Below, in pieces: positions 12,961 through 25,944 of a stretch of 64,000 bases of DNA. The number at the start of each line of letters is the position of its first letter. Position 1 is the first letter of the stretch. A program made the position numbers and the translations under genes. A model generated the notes under the pieces. It searched no databases, had not been told where the DNA came from, and saw only the letters and a program-made list of their open reading frames with translations. This DNA is from Amphiscolops sp. MND2022 (taxonomy: Eukaryota), in contig OZ076414.1 in assembly GCA_964187785.1 (NCBI GenBank), positions 67,394,001 to 67,458,000 on the forward strand. Reading direction: 5' to 3'.

Positions 12961-13788
12961 ATGAAAATTGGATGGCTTGCCACAGCGTCACTGGCCGTTC
13001 TAGTGTCCAGTGTTTTCTCTCGTCCAGAAAATGACTGGCAGTTCCAAACGGACATTGCCAGAGGTGGACCTTCGGAAGAGCAACCTTTCTACGTTATTCT
13101 ACTTGCATTTGTAACCGAAACCCAAATCGCGAGGTGCGGAGGAACCCTTATAGCTCCAAATGTAGTTTTAACAGCAGCCCATTGTGTACAACGTCATGGA
13201 CCAAGCGATATTGCCGTGCTAAGAAGTGATTTCACTGCAACTAATTGGTTGTATCGGTCAGATATTATCATGAGCTCCCACTATCTGGTTCATCCGGATT
13301 ACAAACCAGAGAGTCATAATACTCAAGCCCAAAACGACGTGGCCCTCCTTTATCTAGACGGTTCTTTCGATCTGAAACAACCGAATTGCGATCTACAACT
13401 CCCCTTTTGCAACGCATCCGATGATTACCCCGAAACAACGGGAATAGGGTTGGGTAGAACTGGTTCTGATGAAAAGGATTCGGATATTTTGGTTGAGGTT
13501 GATCTGCGATCGCGCAAAGATTGTCAAAAGGTTTATCACAATTTCAACCCCGAAAAGCAACTTTGCTATTATGGTGAGGTTTTTAAAGGAGATAATACCT
13601 GTGTAGCCGATTCTGGAGGACCTCTGGTATACAAAAAGAACGGTAAAGTGAAATGTCTTCATGGTATCGCGAGTTACGGAGCAAACTGCACGTCCGATGG
13701 TCCTGGTGTTTTTGCCAGAGTTGGAGTCTTCAAGGACTGGATTGAAAACTATATCGAGACAGATGTTCTTACGTGTCCCAGTCAATGA
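12961..13788 (+). CDS. Secreted S1 family (chymotrypsin-fold) serine protease, intronless CDS, 275 aa
   Basis: ATG at 12961, signal peptide MKIGWLATASLAVLVSSVFS, RCGGTLI, catalytic triad TAAHC / NDVALL / ADSGGP, IASYG, GVFARV, WI. A pyrimidine tract plus AG (12935-12936) lies 25 nt upstream of the ATG and looks like a splice acceptor. Confidence 0.95.
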   Translation: MKIGWLATASLAVLVSSVFSRPENDWQFQTDIARGGPSEEQPFYVILLAFVTETQIARCGGTLIAPNVVLTAAHCVQRHGPSDIAVLRSDFTATNWLYRSDIIMSSHYLVHPDYKPESHNTQAQNDVALLYLDGSFDLKQPNCDLQLPFCNASDDYPETTGIGLGRTGSDEKDSDILVEVDLRSRKDCQKVYHNFNPEKQLCYYGEVFKGDNTCVADSGGPLVYKKNGKVKCLHGIASYGANCTSDGPGVFARVGVFKDWIENYIETDVLTCPSQ

Positions 13789-14544
13789 GATCAAAAATAC
13801 ACTTCCATCAATGCGTGGGAAAGATCCCAATCTTCAGCATTTCGAAATAGTAAATATTTTACTGGAAAAATAGTTTTGTTTAGTCTGTAATTCCGCAAAC
13901 TTAAACACTAATACAAAGAGTTTGAACCCCATTCATAATGAACAAAATATTTCATCAAATCAGTTTTTATCTTCAGCGACAAAGCTCTTCATTTTTGATG
14001 TTTTAGGAGCCTGCACTTTGCGTGTTGAACATTGTACAATCAATAAGTTTCATTCTTCCTAAAGCAAGAAAATCAAATTTTGTCACTTTTGTAAATCAGT
14101 GTTCTGTCCCTACGCCCACTAGGCGATGCACTTAAAGTCTTATCATTTTTGGCAAATTTCTTTGCAGTATTCGTAATTTGTACACCTCAATCATTTGAAA
14201 TTTAAACTCTCTTTTGACATTTCGAATTCCCTTGTGAAAACTAATAAAGTGTGAGTATCTGAATTCGGCCTTTCACTGCAGACTCCAAAGGCGGGGTGCC
14301 TCTCGGCCGAATATCCACTTGGCTGAAAAAACAAAAGGTTTCACTTAGCCGATTTGTTGTATGACTCGGTCGCTTCGCACCCTTTGCCAAGTAGCAACAT
14401 TGAGGCATGGCCATATGTCACGTCGCTCCACTTCGCTTCGCTCCTGCATTTAGGTCACTAGGAGTGTTTGAACATAGCTGACTAAGGAAATTGAAAAATT
14501 CATTTTTTCATCTTTGAACGAACGTCGTTCCGGTTCGACCCAGT

Positions 14545-14921
14545 TGTATGAGAAAAGTACTCAATGAAAGGAATGAGTAGCAGGTACTTTAGGAAACGTT
14601 AAGTTTACTTTAGTTAAAGTACTTTAGTTAGGTTTAAAAAATGAATAGTTATCTCACCGTTAGTATTGCAGGTTGTCTTTCTGTTAGTCCATTAGACCAT
14701 TAACCCATATCGTTAATGATAGATCCCATTTCATCCGTGTACGCATAAACAGAAACAGCATTAATTTTGTGTGTAACCCATTTTCCTACTTTTGCTTGTT
14801 TTCAAAAATTGCGGTGAGATTGAAGTTGTCTGGTTCATTCAGAAATGGAAATTACAATTGTGTTTTTTACAGCTATGAATCATAGTCAAAACGTTTAGAA
14901 CGATTATGTAATTCTCGAACA
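14545..14921 (-). repeat. 3' LTR of Bel/Pao copy 1
   Basis: tgtatg...ctcgaaca, homologous to 20758-21114, 44145-44492 and 50256-50605. Confidence 0.93.
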
Positions 14922-17900
14922 CAAGGCCCCCAGTTTTGCAGGGGCAAAGCTATCTGCACTTTGGAAAATTTTTAATTATAATTTGTTTTCAAAGTTTCAG
15001 TTTGTTTGCGGGACCCAAAGTTTCAGTCTAAAGTTTCCGAATCTTTTCATGGACAGACTGGAGCCAGTTTGACAGCTGGTTTTAGAAATATCCCCTTTTG
15101 CGTTCGCACTCTGAAAGACCGTGTAACTCCATCAGTACTGGGTATTACTTCTTCGATGACACCCAATGGCCAAATACCGCGAGGAGTGTTTGGTTCCAAC
15201 AGCCAGACAATGTCATTTTTCTTCAGGACATCAACTGATTCTGCAATTTAGATCGTTGTCGTAGAGTGGGCAATATTACTTTTGCAATCGTTTCCAGAAT
15301 TGATCTAACAGACTTTGCTTTTGTTTAAACATTCGATTCATGTCTGACTTTCCTAAAGATGCTTCCACTGAAGGCTGTCGAAAGTGTTGAGGAGTTAGGC
15401 TCTTGACATCACAAACTGAGAGCGCTACAGGATTCAAAGGACGATTGTTGAATGTGTACTCAATTTCACAAACTATTGTTGTGAACAGCTCTTTCGTTAG
15501 CATCTACGAACTGGCAATGTTGAAGAAATTTCTTTTCACCATACCAATCAACCAATTCCACGCGCCTCCCGAATGAGGTGATCCAGGCGGGTTAAATCTC
15601 CAAACAAATGACTGTGAACGTTCCAAAGCAACTCCTTCTACTACGGTGGGTGTGGAAAGTAACGCTGCTGACCTTACGAAGTTGCTGGCCTTGTCAGACA
15701 AAAATATGGTTGAGTTTCCAGGACGAGCAAAGAACCGTTTTATGCCAACAGCGTCGATGTGCTTGTCATTGTATTACAAACTTCAATATGTACTGCTGGA
15801 ATCGCCAGACAAGTACAAATTAGACAGTACACTATCTGTTTCTCTTCTGATCAATGAGAACGGTGAAAGGTCCGAAATTGTCCAATCCGACATTCTGGAA
15901 AATAGCTGGCTCGAATGAAAATCTGTGTTTCGGCAAGTCAGCCATTCGTGGTTGCGAAGGAAGCTGTCGTTGACGCCTGCATGTAAAACAGTGATTCACA
16001 ATTGCCTTAAGCGTGAACGTAATTCTCAAAATAGAGAATTGCTATTGTAAGATATTACGTAAATGCTCAACTTCGATTTGTCCATGAATTTTGTGCTGAA
16101 ATATCAAACAAAAACGTACAATGTTATGTTTTCCATCTCGCAGTATAGGGTTGACTATGGCAAAAGCAATAGGGGCATTCTGTAGACTGCTTGCAGAATG
16201 TAAAATTCCATCGTCCTTCGAATAGGGTGAAATTTACCAGTCTGCTTTTAGCAGAGATTGAAAGTTGTTTTGACAAAACTTTAATCTCTTGTTCAAAACT
16301 TTGGTGTTGGGAAAGCCTAAAGAGCTTCGAAGTTGCAATTATTCTAGCGTCTGTGTGGTTGATGTTTTGATTCTTCAATTTGGCGACAAATCTGAAGACG
16401 ACGACAACAACGTTCAAAAGACGAGTCCATTGTGAGAATACTTGATGATTTATGAAAGGTCTCTCTGAGAAATTAGCTGAAACAATATCTGTTGTAACTG
16501 TGCAAGTTTGCACTGAGTGACTGTTGGGGGCTTCCGGCTAATGAGTTTCGTCTGATAGACATTCCGGCCATACATTTGATGTAAAGGCGGCGACTGCTTG
16601 AAGGTCTCTTGTTGCATTATCTGATGGGTCTTTGTTGGATGGGACAAATAACCATTCACTGCTATAACTATTTTCTAAAATTTCATTCAGTCGTTTAGCT
16701 ACAAACATTATGACTTTCGTGCGGGTGTTTTATCCATGAAAGTATAGATGAACTGTCATTCCAGTGAAAGACTCTTACAATTGGATATGACGTAGCATTC
16801 ATGATGGTCTTTCTCAATCGTGTTGAATATACAGCTGCTTGTAATTCCAAACGTGGGACAGTTTTTTGCTTCAGTGGGTCCACTCTAGTTATCTCCAGTT
16901 GCATAGCTAAGTCTGATTCTATGTTCTTTCGATTTAAAAACAAAATAAGCACCAACTGCTGTTGCTGAAAGAGAAGCATCACAAAGAATATGCAGATCAA
17001 CTGAGTCATTCACACCAAAGGGATGCTGTCGGGGAACTTTAAGCTCCTTGAATTGGGCCAGTTCATCGATCCAATCTTTGATTTCTTTACAAAATGTTGT
17101 CCGCTTCTCCAAAATTGCGTAAGAACAATTTTGATTCGAATGGTGAGTGGTGCTGCTAAGCCAAGGGTGTCGAACAGCTGGGAAACAATGCTGAGAAGTT
17201 TCCTGTGAGTGAATGAAGATGAATCGGTCTTTGAAATGCTCAGAGGTGGCGCAAAGGCTAGTGTATCTGTTAGAATCTGACACTGCATACCCAAGACACG
17301 TTGTAAGTTATCGTTTGTGAACAATTCTTCGACCGGTTTGCACAGTACTGTTGGGTCGATTTGGTCGCAAACACGGATAGAGTTGCTACACCATTTCACT
17401 AACTTGAACTCTCCTCGCGCTAATGTCAACTGTAGTTGTTTCTGAATAGCATTTGCATCTTGTTCTGAATCGAAGGAAGCTACAAATTGTCCATATAACA
17501 GTTCATTTGAACTTGCTTCAAAACATCCGGATTAGAATCTTGATTGTGTTTCGCGCACTGGAGCAGGGCGAAGTTGGCACAAGTTGGCGAATCGCGAGCG
17601 CCAAAAATGTGACGCTGATACTCGAAAACTTCTATTGCATTGGATTTGTTCGATTTCCAGAGGAACAGTAAGAACTTCCCATCTTCTTCACGGACTTTCG
17701 CCTGCAAAAACATGCCTTCAATATCTAATTGGAGGGCTACTGGGCGTTCGCGGAATCTCTTCTGGATTGCAAGTATGTTACCAAGCAAATCTGGACCTGG
17801 TAACAGTTTATCACTCAAGCAAACTCCACTGTACCGAGCTGCTGCGAAGCTTGCCCGGCTTGCGCAGGTTCGTAATTCCGTAATGAGGAAGGTACCATTT

Positions 17901-18392
17901 TGTTTCGAGATTTTCTTGCGGGCTGATTTTCTGGATGAATTCTGGTACTAAGTCTCTCTAAATCTCTGCATCATAACGAAGTTTCATTTCAGGTATTTTG
18001 TCAAACGGTATATAAGACTGTCGAGGTGTTTTGCAACCAAACGTCTGTTATACGGTAAAATTGAATCATCTTTCCAAAGTAGGCCTGTTTCGAAATGACC
18101 TGAAGTTGTTTGGCAACAAGTCTTTTCCAAAACATAAAACTTTCTGATTATCAACTGTTTGAATTTCTTTCACCGGATCTGTGCCTGCTGTTTCAATCTT
18201 CCACAATTGCGAGACTTGGTCGCTGTGTAGAAGATCTTTGTAGATGCAGTTGTCACAAATGTGTGCCGCTAGAGCTTGAATTTGGACAAACTAGTTTGGC
18301 GTTGATTTCGAATGTGGTCCAGTGACATACCAACCAAGAAGACATTTAACCCTTGTTGGCGTGTTCAGAGGACCGGTGATTAGTTTACAGCC

Positions 18393-18592
18393 NNNNNNNN
18401 NNNNNNNNNNNNNNNNNNNNNNNNNNNNNNNNNNNNNNNNNNNNNNNNNNNNNNNNNNNNNNNNNNNNNNNNNNNNNNNNNNNNNNNNNNNNNNNNNNNN
18501 NNNNNNNNNNNNNNNNNNNNNNNNNNNNNNNNNNNNNNNNNNNNNNNNNNNNNNNNNNNNNNNNNNNNNNNNNNNNNNNNNNNNNNNNNNNN
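18393..18592. other. Assembly gap (200 N) inside Bel/Pao copy 1
   Basis: Run of N. Its flanks align to about 46717 and 47110 of copy 2. Confidence 1.
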
Positions 18593-20734
18593 CCTGCTAT
18601 AGAACAGTTCAGCTTGATTCTTCTTGTGCAGAAATAACTAAGTTGTCATGTCCACAGGATCCATCGGTATTAACGTCAGTGCTATATGATCTTTGCGATT
18701 TGCTTACTGAATTGACTTGCCCTCCATGAAGAAGTGTGTTGTGTCTAGCACCACAGTCTGGTACTTTACAAGACGTGCGTGAAGTATATTGTTTAACTTT
18801 ATGTGCAGAATGCAAGCAATTGAAACACAATCTTGATTTCATTACAATTTCATGACGTTCTGCTGGAAATTTTTCTTTGAAGAGGAGACAGCTGAAATAT
18901 AATCGTCTTCCATCAACCATTGGACATGTTCCATTTTGGACATTTCTGCTTGGAAAAGCTTGTTTAGCTGAAATGGTGTATTTGGGTTGGTCACCACCTT
19001 TATTAGGGTTTCGGTTCCCATTGTTTTGTTTACGTTGATGATGTTGTACATAATTAACATCAAGTGTTTCTGAATGAGTGTCTGTTGACACCTTCACTGT
19101 GTCGTTTCTGATTAGTCAATTGGGCAGGAGCGGCGGTATTCTTTCGATATCTTGTGCAATTGGATTGAACCAGTTGTTGAAGGTTTCCAATGTGGGATGA
19201 TCAACGCCTCGATTGATGAGGAATTGTTTCCACTTGAGGGCATCTGTGCGAGGAAGCTTGGCGATTGCATGCTTAAGATTTGCTGTAGAACAAACGTCAG
19301 CGTTGAAACCGTGTTCTTTGAAAGTGTGTACCATGGTGTTGATGAAAGCCGAGAAGTCAAAATGGCTCTCAGACCGTTTGGGAACGAGTGGTTGGTGATT
19401 GATCAACTTGACTATGAAACTATTGACGAATTATGTGGGCTGTCCAAAACGTTGCCGTAATTCGTCCAATGCTCTGTGAAAAAGATCTCCATTGCATTTG
19501 AAGCGTTCAATTGCGTCTTTTGCACGTCCTGTTGTCAGGCCTTGCAGATACGCAATTTTCTGATTGTTTGTCATCTGTGTGTCTCCAATCATGAATTGGA
19601 ATCGGCTACTCCAATCGCTCCATTCGAGTGGATCTCCAACGAAGGGTTCAAGTTTGATTTGAGGAAGTGACTGCAAATATGGATTGAACGGGTAAGGTTG
19701 TTGTGCCATATACAGAGAAGGTGGTATGTTTACACATGTTGCGCATGATGTGTTATCACCATGTGCGTTTTGAGGCGGTACTCCTCCAACGTTCACTTGA
19801 CCCAACGTTCTTCCTGCTGTTGAGTGCCCCGGATTTTCGTTCCTCTCGGTTGAAAAATGATGTGTCGAGTCCATGACTGTTACTGGATTTGTTACTTCAA
19901 CTGGGGACGAGACAAGTAGTAGGTTGTTGTCTGTCTCCGTATTATAGCTGTCTCCTGCTTCAATAACGCTATTTATCCCCATATCAGTTGCAAATTGGTT
20001 CTGATTGGACAAATTTAGGGTTGAAATTTTCAATTCCAACTTGTCCACTTCTAACGAAATTTGAAGGAGATCTTGTTCTTGCGTGCTTTCAATAACGTCA
20101 ATTGCTGCGAATGTTTGTTCTTCCAATTGGGACATCTGATCATCGAGAGACTGTTGTATCTGTCGTATGAGTGCTGACTTTGTCAAGAAAATCTTTGGTA
20201 AGTGCTGACAGAGTTCGTTGCACGCGATGTTTCGTTATTCCTAATTTGGATTTGATGATTGCCAACGAGTCGCCAATTTCCTTTTCGGGACCCATTGCAA
20301 CAATTAATTTACAAATGTGGCATTCAATTTACAGAGCAGGATTAAACATGGAGAAATTCATTGAACACTTTACTGCCAGTCGCCCTTTTTTATTTCGGGG
20401 ATTTTTTCGCAAATCATGGAATGAACTTAGCAGTTACAAATCTAACAGACCGAGGAAAAAAATACATGGGATGAAATAAACGATTACATCACTTATAGTT
20501 TGAAAACTATTTAGTTCAAGCAACTTTGTCACACACGTGAAAATAAATGAACAATGAAACGGTTGAAATTCAAGAAGACAATATAAACTGAAAGGATTTT
20601 TCGTTACAGCACTTTACTACGTTTAGTTGACAGTTTTGATTGATAATTTGTTTGCACTCTAAAGCATGCTACACAATAAAACAAATGAAAAGAAAAAAAA
20701 TTGAGGTTTTTGTGAAAAGGACTACGCCAAAACG

Positions 20735-20752
20735 ATCACGTCGGGGTCACCA
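20735..20752 (-). promoter_or_regulatory. Primer-binding site complementary to the tRNA-Trp 3' end (Bel/Pao copy 1)
   Basis: Minus strand TGGTGACCCCGACGTGAT matches the 3' end of eukaryotic tRNA-Trp (...ATCACGTCGGGGTCACCA), 5 nt from the LTR. Confidence 0.9.
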
Positions 20753-20757
20753 GAAAA

Positions 20758-21114
20758 TGTATGAATAAAGTACTCAATGAAAGCGTATGAGTAACAGGTA
20801 CTTTAGAAAACGCGTTTATTTAGGTTTACAAAAATGAATAGTTATCTCACCGTTAGTATTGCAGGTTGTCTTTCTGTTAGTCCATAAGACCATCAACCCA
20901 TATCGTTAGTGATAGATCCCTTTTCATCCGTGTTCGCATAAACAGAAACAGCATTAGTTTTGTGTGTAACCCATTTTGTTACGTTTGCTTGTTTTCAAAA
21001 ATTGCGGTGAGTTTAAAGAAGTCTAGTTTATTCAAAAATGGAAATTACAATTGTGTTTTATACAGCTATGAATCATAGTCAAAAAGTTAATAACGATTAT
21101 GTAATTCTCGAACA
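20758..21114 (-). repeat. 5' LTR of Bel/Pao copy 1
   Basis: tgtatg...ctcgaaca, adjacent to the PBS. Confidence 0.93.
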
Positions 21115-21218
21115 CCCGTCAGCCAATCAGATTGCAGAGAATTATACAGTGGGAAGTATTTTTCTGCTGAGTGGAACCTTTGGTTTTTTGGCCAAGTGGA
21201 TATTCATCCACTTGGGAA

Positions 21219-21271
21219 GCCAAAACGCCAAAAGCCAAAAGCCAAAAACCAAAAACCATGCAAAGCCAAAA
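21219..21271. repeat. (GCCAAAA)n degenerate microsatellite
   Basis: gccaaaacgccaaaagccaaaagccaaaaaccaaaaacc... Confidence 0.85.
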
Positions 21272-21974
21272 TAGAGATTGTGGTATGTTTCATCTGAATT
21301 GGATTACCTTTTGTTCTCTTTTTGTTTAAACTGTTCCATAACTGATTATCAGTGCAATTGTGACCTCAAAAGAAATCGTTTATTACTTTGAACAATATTC
21401 AACTTTTCTGTTCATTCGTTTACATCTCAAAATGTTTCCAATTCATCGAATTTCAACCTAGTCTGGCATTCTGTAGCACTGAGACTTTAAGTAATTTCTA
21501 GGAATTATACATTGAGCTAGCTTTTGCAAGCTTTTTTTCAACATTTTCCCATTATGATACATATGCCGCAACGAACTAGCAAGATCTTGATGATAAATTC
21601 CACTTTTGCGGCATATGTATCGTAATGCCAACTCCATTAATACATGGGGAAACTATCAACCTATCAAGTTAAAAAGCTTATCACAAATATAACCTCGAAC
21701 TATGTAGTCGACAACAAGCATCTCTTTGCATATTACTTTGAAAAGGAATTATACTGATAATGGAGTTTTTCGTTATCAGCATAATTACGTTAACGTAAGC
21801 AAAGTTCTTGGGGACGGTAATAGTTGTGAAACATTATTTCAAAAATATTCTGAATTTGGTTCTCCAGGGCAGGAACTTTGTCAAGCCAATAGGCTCTTTT
21901 CCTCTGCAGATTGGTTTCTTTCATTTCAAGTCATATGTATTTTGGTTTTTTGTGTAATGATCTCAATCAAATAA

Positions 21975-21975
<1 letters not shown>

Positions 21976-22017
<42 letters not shown>

Positions 22018-22019
22018 TC
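21976..22019. repeat. (TTTC)11 microsatellite
   Basis: Perfect tetranucleotide run. Confidence 0.97.
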
Positions 22020-23232
22020 ATGAGAGAAAAAACGTTGATTGTATTTCTCGCAAGAATGGAAAAGAACAGATTTTCAAAATAGTAAGGGTCGTGGGAATAA
22101 TTGCTAGGTTAAGACTGTTCACGTTTGCAACCAGAAGAGGTGTTAAGTGGAAACAGACAAAGTGTAACGCCACTAAGATATCGATGCAGCCCTCGACAAA
22201 AGCGCCATTTCTTCGGAGACTTTGTCTGAGATTCTCGTCATTTTTGAATAAATACTTGACCTTGACGCCATTTTTAGAAGATGCAGTCTTCCTGAAAAGC
22301 TCAAAGAAAACATAGATCTGTAAACACCCTGCTCGATTTCACTGTTTTACGGTGTAATACCGATTCCGAATTATTCGGATCACAAGCTGTCAATCAAACT
22401 GATCCCAAATTGAGCAATGATGATTCGAATTTATGTTGATACATATTTACAAATATACAAACAATATTTATGTTAGATTAGATTTATACATAATTATTGA
22501 GTTTAGTTTTGCTGTAACGATCAGTTTATAAATTGAAGTCTTTAGAAGAACGCTGTCCTTTCGTTACCCAACTACAATAGAACGTTCACTACTTTCCTTT
22601 AGCTTCAATGCTCCCGGGAACTTTGTAATCCATTGCTTTAAAAGATCAAAAAACGAATTGGGACTTTATAACTTACAACCAAATCCATAGCTGATGAGTG
22701 TGGGTGTTTGTTTTTTCTCACCACACAGCTGTTAAATTGTTTTCTGTACCATCGGGAAATACTTAACTTCGAAACCAAGTTTTACCCAACAAAGCTGGTG
22801 TTTTCCTCTATTCCTGGCTCAGGTTGAACAAAAGACCTAGGAAAACTAGCCAAAAACAACTCGGCTGAAACTTCACCGGCGGAAAGCACGTCACAAGAAC
22901 AGAAAATTGTCTCTGACAAATAATTTATTAACTTTGTGAGCGTAGTGTGATATGACACTTTAAATTATCATGAAGAATTACACTGGAAACTATAAAATTG
23001 AAACCAATTCTAAAACTAAAACAATATTTTGTGAATTAACGAAAATTTCGAGTATTTCACGCTTCAATTAAGGAAAGTTTATCCATAATTAGCATTGGAT
23101 AGTCTCTTATTAGACGAGTTTGCACTCAATTATTTTTCGGCGAGTTGTTTTTGAATAGTCTTCAACTCACAGAAAAAGTCCCAGACACGTCAAACCATCA
23201 TGCCAGCTCACTACTTCAAAGTTCTTTATGAA

Positions 23233-23722
23233 CAAGACGGGAACGTCCCAAGTCGGCCCATATCTAAAGCTCAAAAATATTCAAGGAACAAGTATTGGGA
23301 ACATTTGGAAAAAAATTTTTTTTCAAAAAAAAACACATTTTTTAAAACGTCGCACAAGGGCGAAAAACTCAAAAAGAGGCCATTTCGGCTCATTAAACGT
23401 TTTTACAAACGGAAAACTTCAAAAAAATGCAAGGGGTACCCTTTAACAGAATTCGAAAAATTTCGGAAAAAAGTCATTTTCATTCTGCCGAAAAAAACCC
23501 AAAGGGGGACCCTTTGGTCTCGCCTCTACTTTTGGAAGCTTAAAAAATATTGTGGTTCAGCGCGAGAATCAAACACGATCTCCTGCTTCTCAGAAATTTA
23601 GTTGAGCAATTGAACAGAAGATTGTAAAAAATGGACCATTCAAAGTGAGATTGTAGGCTGAAAAAAAACTACCCACTGTAATAGTCGGGCTTTTTTCCTT
23701 TAAAGGAAAAGGCGCCGAGTAA
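23233..23722 (-). mobile_element. Helentron/DINE-1-like element, family A
   Basis: On minus: 5' actcggcgc...gcccgactattacagtgg (as at 5670-5712); 3' gggccgacttgggacgttcccgtcttg-tt. Confidence 0.75.
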
Positions 23723-24224
23723 AAAATTTGGTACCCACTGTATCATCACAGATTGCATCAATGGGGCACATTGCCAGCGATTTTAACTAATCCAGGGCTT
23801 CATTACGACGCAAAACCCTACACTTTTAGTGCGGCTCAAAGTTGAGCCGTTTGAGCAGTGGAATCCTGGGCCAAGCTTTAAAACATATCAACCGCAAAGA
23901 GCGAATTTCGGGGACTAATACCGCGGTGTATAATTTCTCGCGATTTCAGTTGACGATAAGGCAAATCCGCAGAATCCGCTGCTTACAGATTCCGCAGACT
24001 AATGCAAGCAAGTAATAAAAGTTTGTTTTTTGAAGCAAAATCCGCTGAGAGCTCTGCATGACATCTGTTTCAAGTTGTATGACAGCGGAATCCGCAGACT
24101 AATGCAAGCTAGTATAAAGCTTGCTGCACACCTTTATTTTTGTGTTTAGTAGGTTTCTGGTGTTTTTATTTTATTTCTGTGTTTAATAGCGTATACAGTT
24201 TTTGGGTTTAAGATAAACAAGTCT

Positions 24225-24770
24225 CCTTGATGTATTATAGGCCTTCATGTATGGAAATCACTGTTGTCTCTGGGATTAAGATTACTGTCTCCATTATGTA
24301 TACTACTATTGTCTGTGGGATTAGGATTACCGAGATTAATTTAAATCTGTATTATAATACTGTGTTGCTCGTAATCTACTACTGTATTTCGTGTTTAATT
24401 TAGGTGTGTTGTAATCTAGTTTTATGATAAGATACGATTTCATTGAATTCAAACTTTACTCTAACTTGTTCTGTCTCTTTAGTGAACAATTATTCACCTG
24501 CACTAAGTTGGCAGGTATTATTAAAAGAGCATCAATGAGATAAACGTGGGTCCTTGATGTATTATAGGCCTAAATGTATTCTACTATTGTCTCTTGGATT
24601 AGGATTACTGTCTCCATTATGTATTAAAGGCCTACATGCTAATAATACTACTTGTATACAACTATTGTCTCTGGGATTAAAATTACTGTCTCCATTATGT
24701 ATTGTAAGCCTACATGCTAATAATACTACATGTACACAACTATAGTCTCTGGGATTAAGATAGATGATCT
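24225..24770. repeat. Minisatellite with a unit of about 78 bp (ctattgtctctgggattaggattactgtctccattatgtatt...), in two clusters
   Basis: Units at about 24225-24330 and 24552-24770. Explains the repetitive ORF 24554-24745. Confidence 0.85.
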
Positions 24771-24963
24771 TGATTCTAAACTCGATTTAAAATTTGATTC
24801 TAACATACAATAAACAATACATACAATACAAACTGTACACACATGGAAATATATTCTACTTAAATTAACCAAAATTTAGAGTCCCTCATTGTGTTTAGAG
24901 TTGACATTGAAGATTTCCCGATATTTTTCTTCGTTTTGGAAGCGTCCTTCGTTTCGGAAGCGT

Positions 24964-25913
24964 TTATCTGAAGCCTAATGGTCCGGAAGAGAAAATCTTG
25001 GGTCCCAGAGAATCGGATTGCTCTGATGAGGGTGTCCAGTGACTCTTCTCCGTCTCCTGGCAAGATGTACCATCGCTTTCCAAAGAATGAGTCCCACGAC
25101 CGATGGCAACCGCGAAGTCCAGTTTCAATATGAGCAGCAATTCTGACCTAAACAATAGCGTGAACTCAAAAAACTATCATCTTGTATTGTTTCTTTGCTC
25201 TTAGTTAACAATTACTCAATGATCTTCCTAATTGACCAATTTTGTTTTCAATTTGAGTCCAGATTCAATATGAGCAGCAAACCTGACCTAAACAATAACA
25301 TGAACTCAAAAAACGATCATCTTGTGATGTTTCATTGCTCTTAGTTAACAATTACTTAAGGATCTTCTGAATTGACCAATTTTGTTTTGACATTCGTACA
25401 TTATCCCGGGCCAAATCTGCTTCGAATCCAACACATCGCGTGGTGAAAGTTGCAGCGGGGCACACATTGAAACTCACAGAATGTTTTTTCGACAGAGACC
25501 AATTGCCCGCTTGATGGCAGAAAATACAACATATGCTCGATCAATGGGGCAAACCATGCTGTCTAGATTCACGGAGTCCAATGTTGTGTAATTCTCTTCT
25601 GGGAGCTTTACTGGAGACACTGGAATTCTGCTAGTGAATTCCGCATTTTCATTCCATGATAAACTGACAATTACCTTCTTCCTTGAAATGACGTACTCCA
25701 GCATCTCAATTGTGCAAGTGTATCATCCTCGATCTAAAGCCTTGTTCCCTTTACCAAGAATGCTGTTTGTGCACGGAGCGCGATTCAATGGCACGCTCGT
25801 CCTGGTGTCCCCGTCCGGAAGCAGCACGGGGATTAGGTTGATCATGTCATCTTCTAAAGGCTTCTCCTTCTGAGAACGGAGCTTTTTTGGAGCTGGCGGA
25901 CGAGGAATGGAAA

Positions 25914-25944
<31 letters not shown>

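Larger units (their letters stand above)
14545..21114 (-). mobile_element. Full-length Bel/Pao LTR retrotransposon, decayed (copy 1)
   Basis: Two TG...CA LTRs, PBS, gag (PQIKLEPFVGDPLEWSDWSSRFQF; LCFNCLHSAHKVKQ), RT (LLPGPDLL; YMDN), RNase H (DLHILCDAS), integrase (CFTC, VGLDNFGP, SDKASNF, GGAW). Flanks CCAGT / CCCGT look like a 5-bp TSD with one mismatch. Confidence 0.95.
14309..21205. mobile_element. About 310-bp inverted-repeat-bounded non-autonomous element, split by the Bel/Pao insertion
   Basis: 14309-14349 (gaatatccacttggctgaaaaaacaaaaggtttcacttagc) is an imperfect reverse complement of 21166-21205. The right end adjoins the palindrome ccaagtggat-attc-atccacttgg. Confidence 0.6.

Noticed and set aside
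13393-13830. 145-aa minus-strand ORF
   Set aside because: Antisense shadow of the protease CDS with no motifs.
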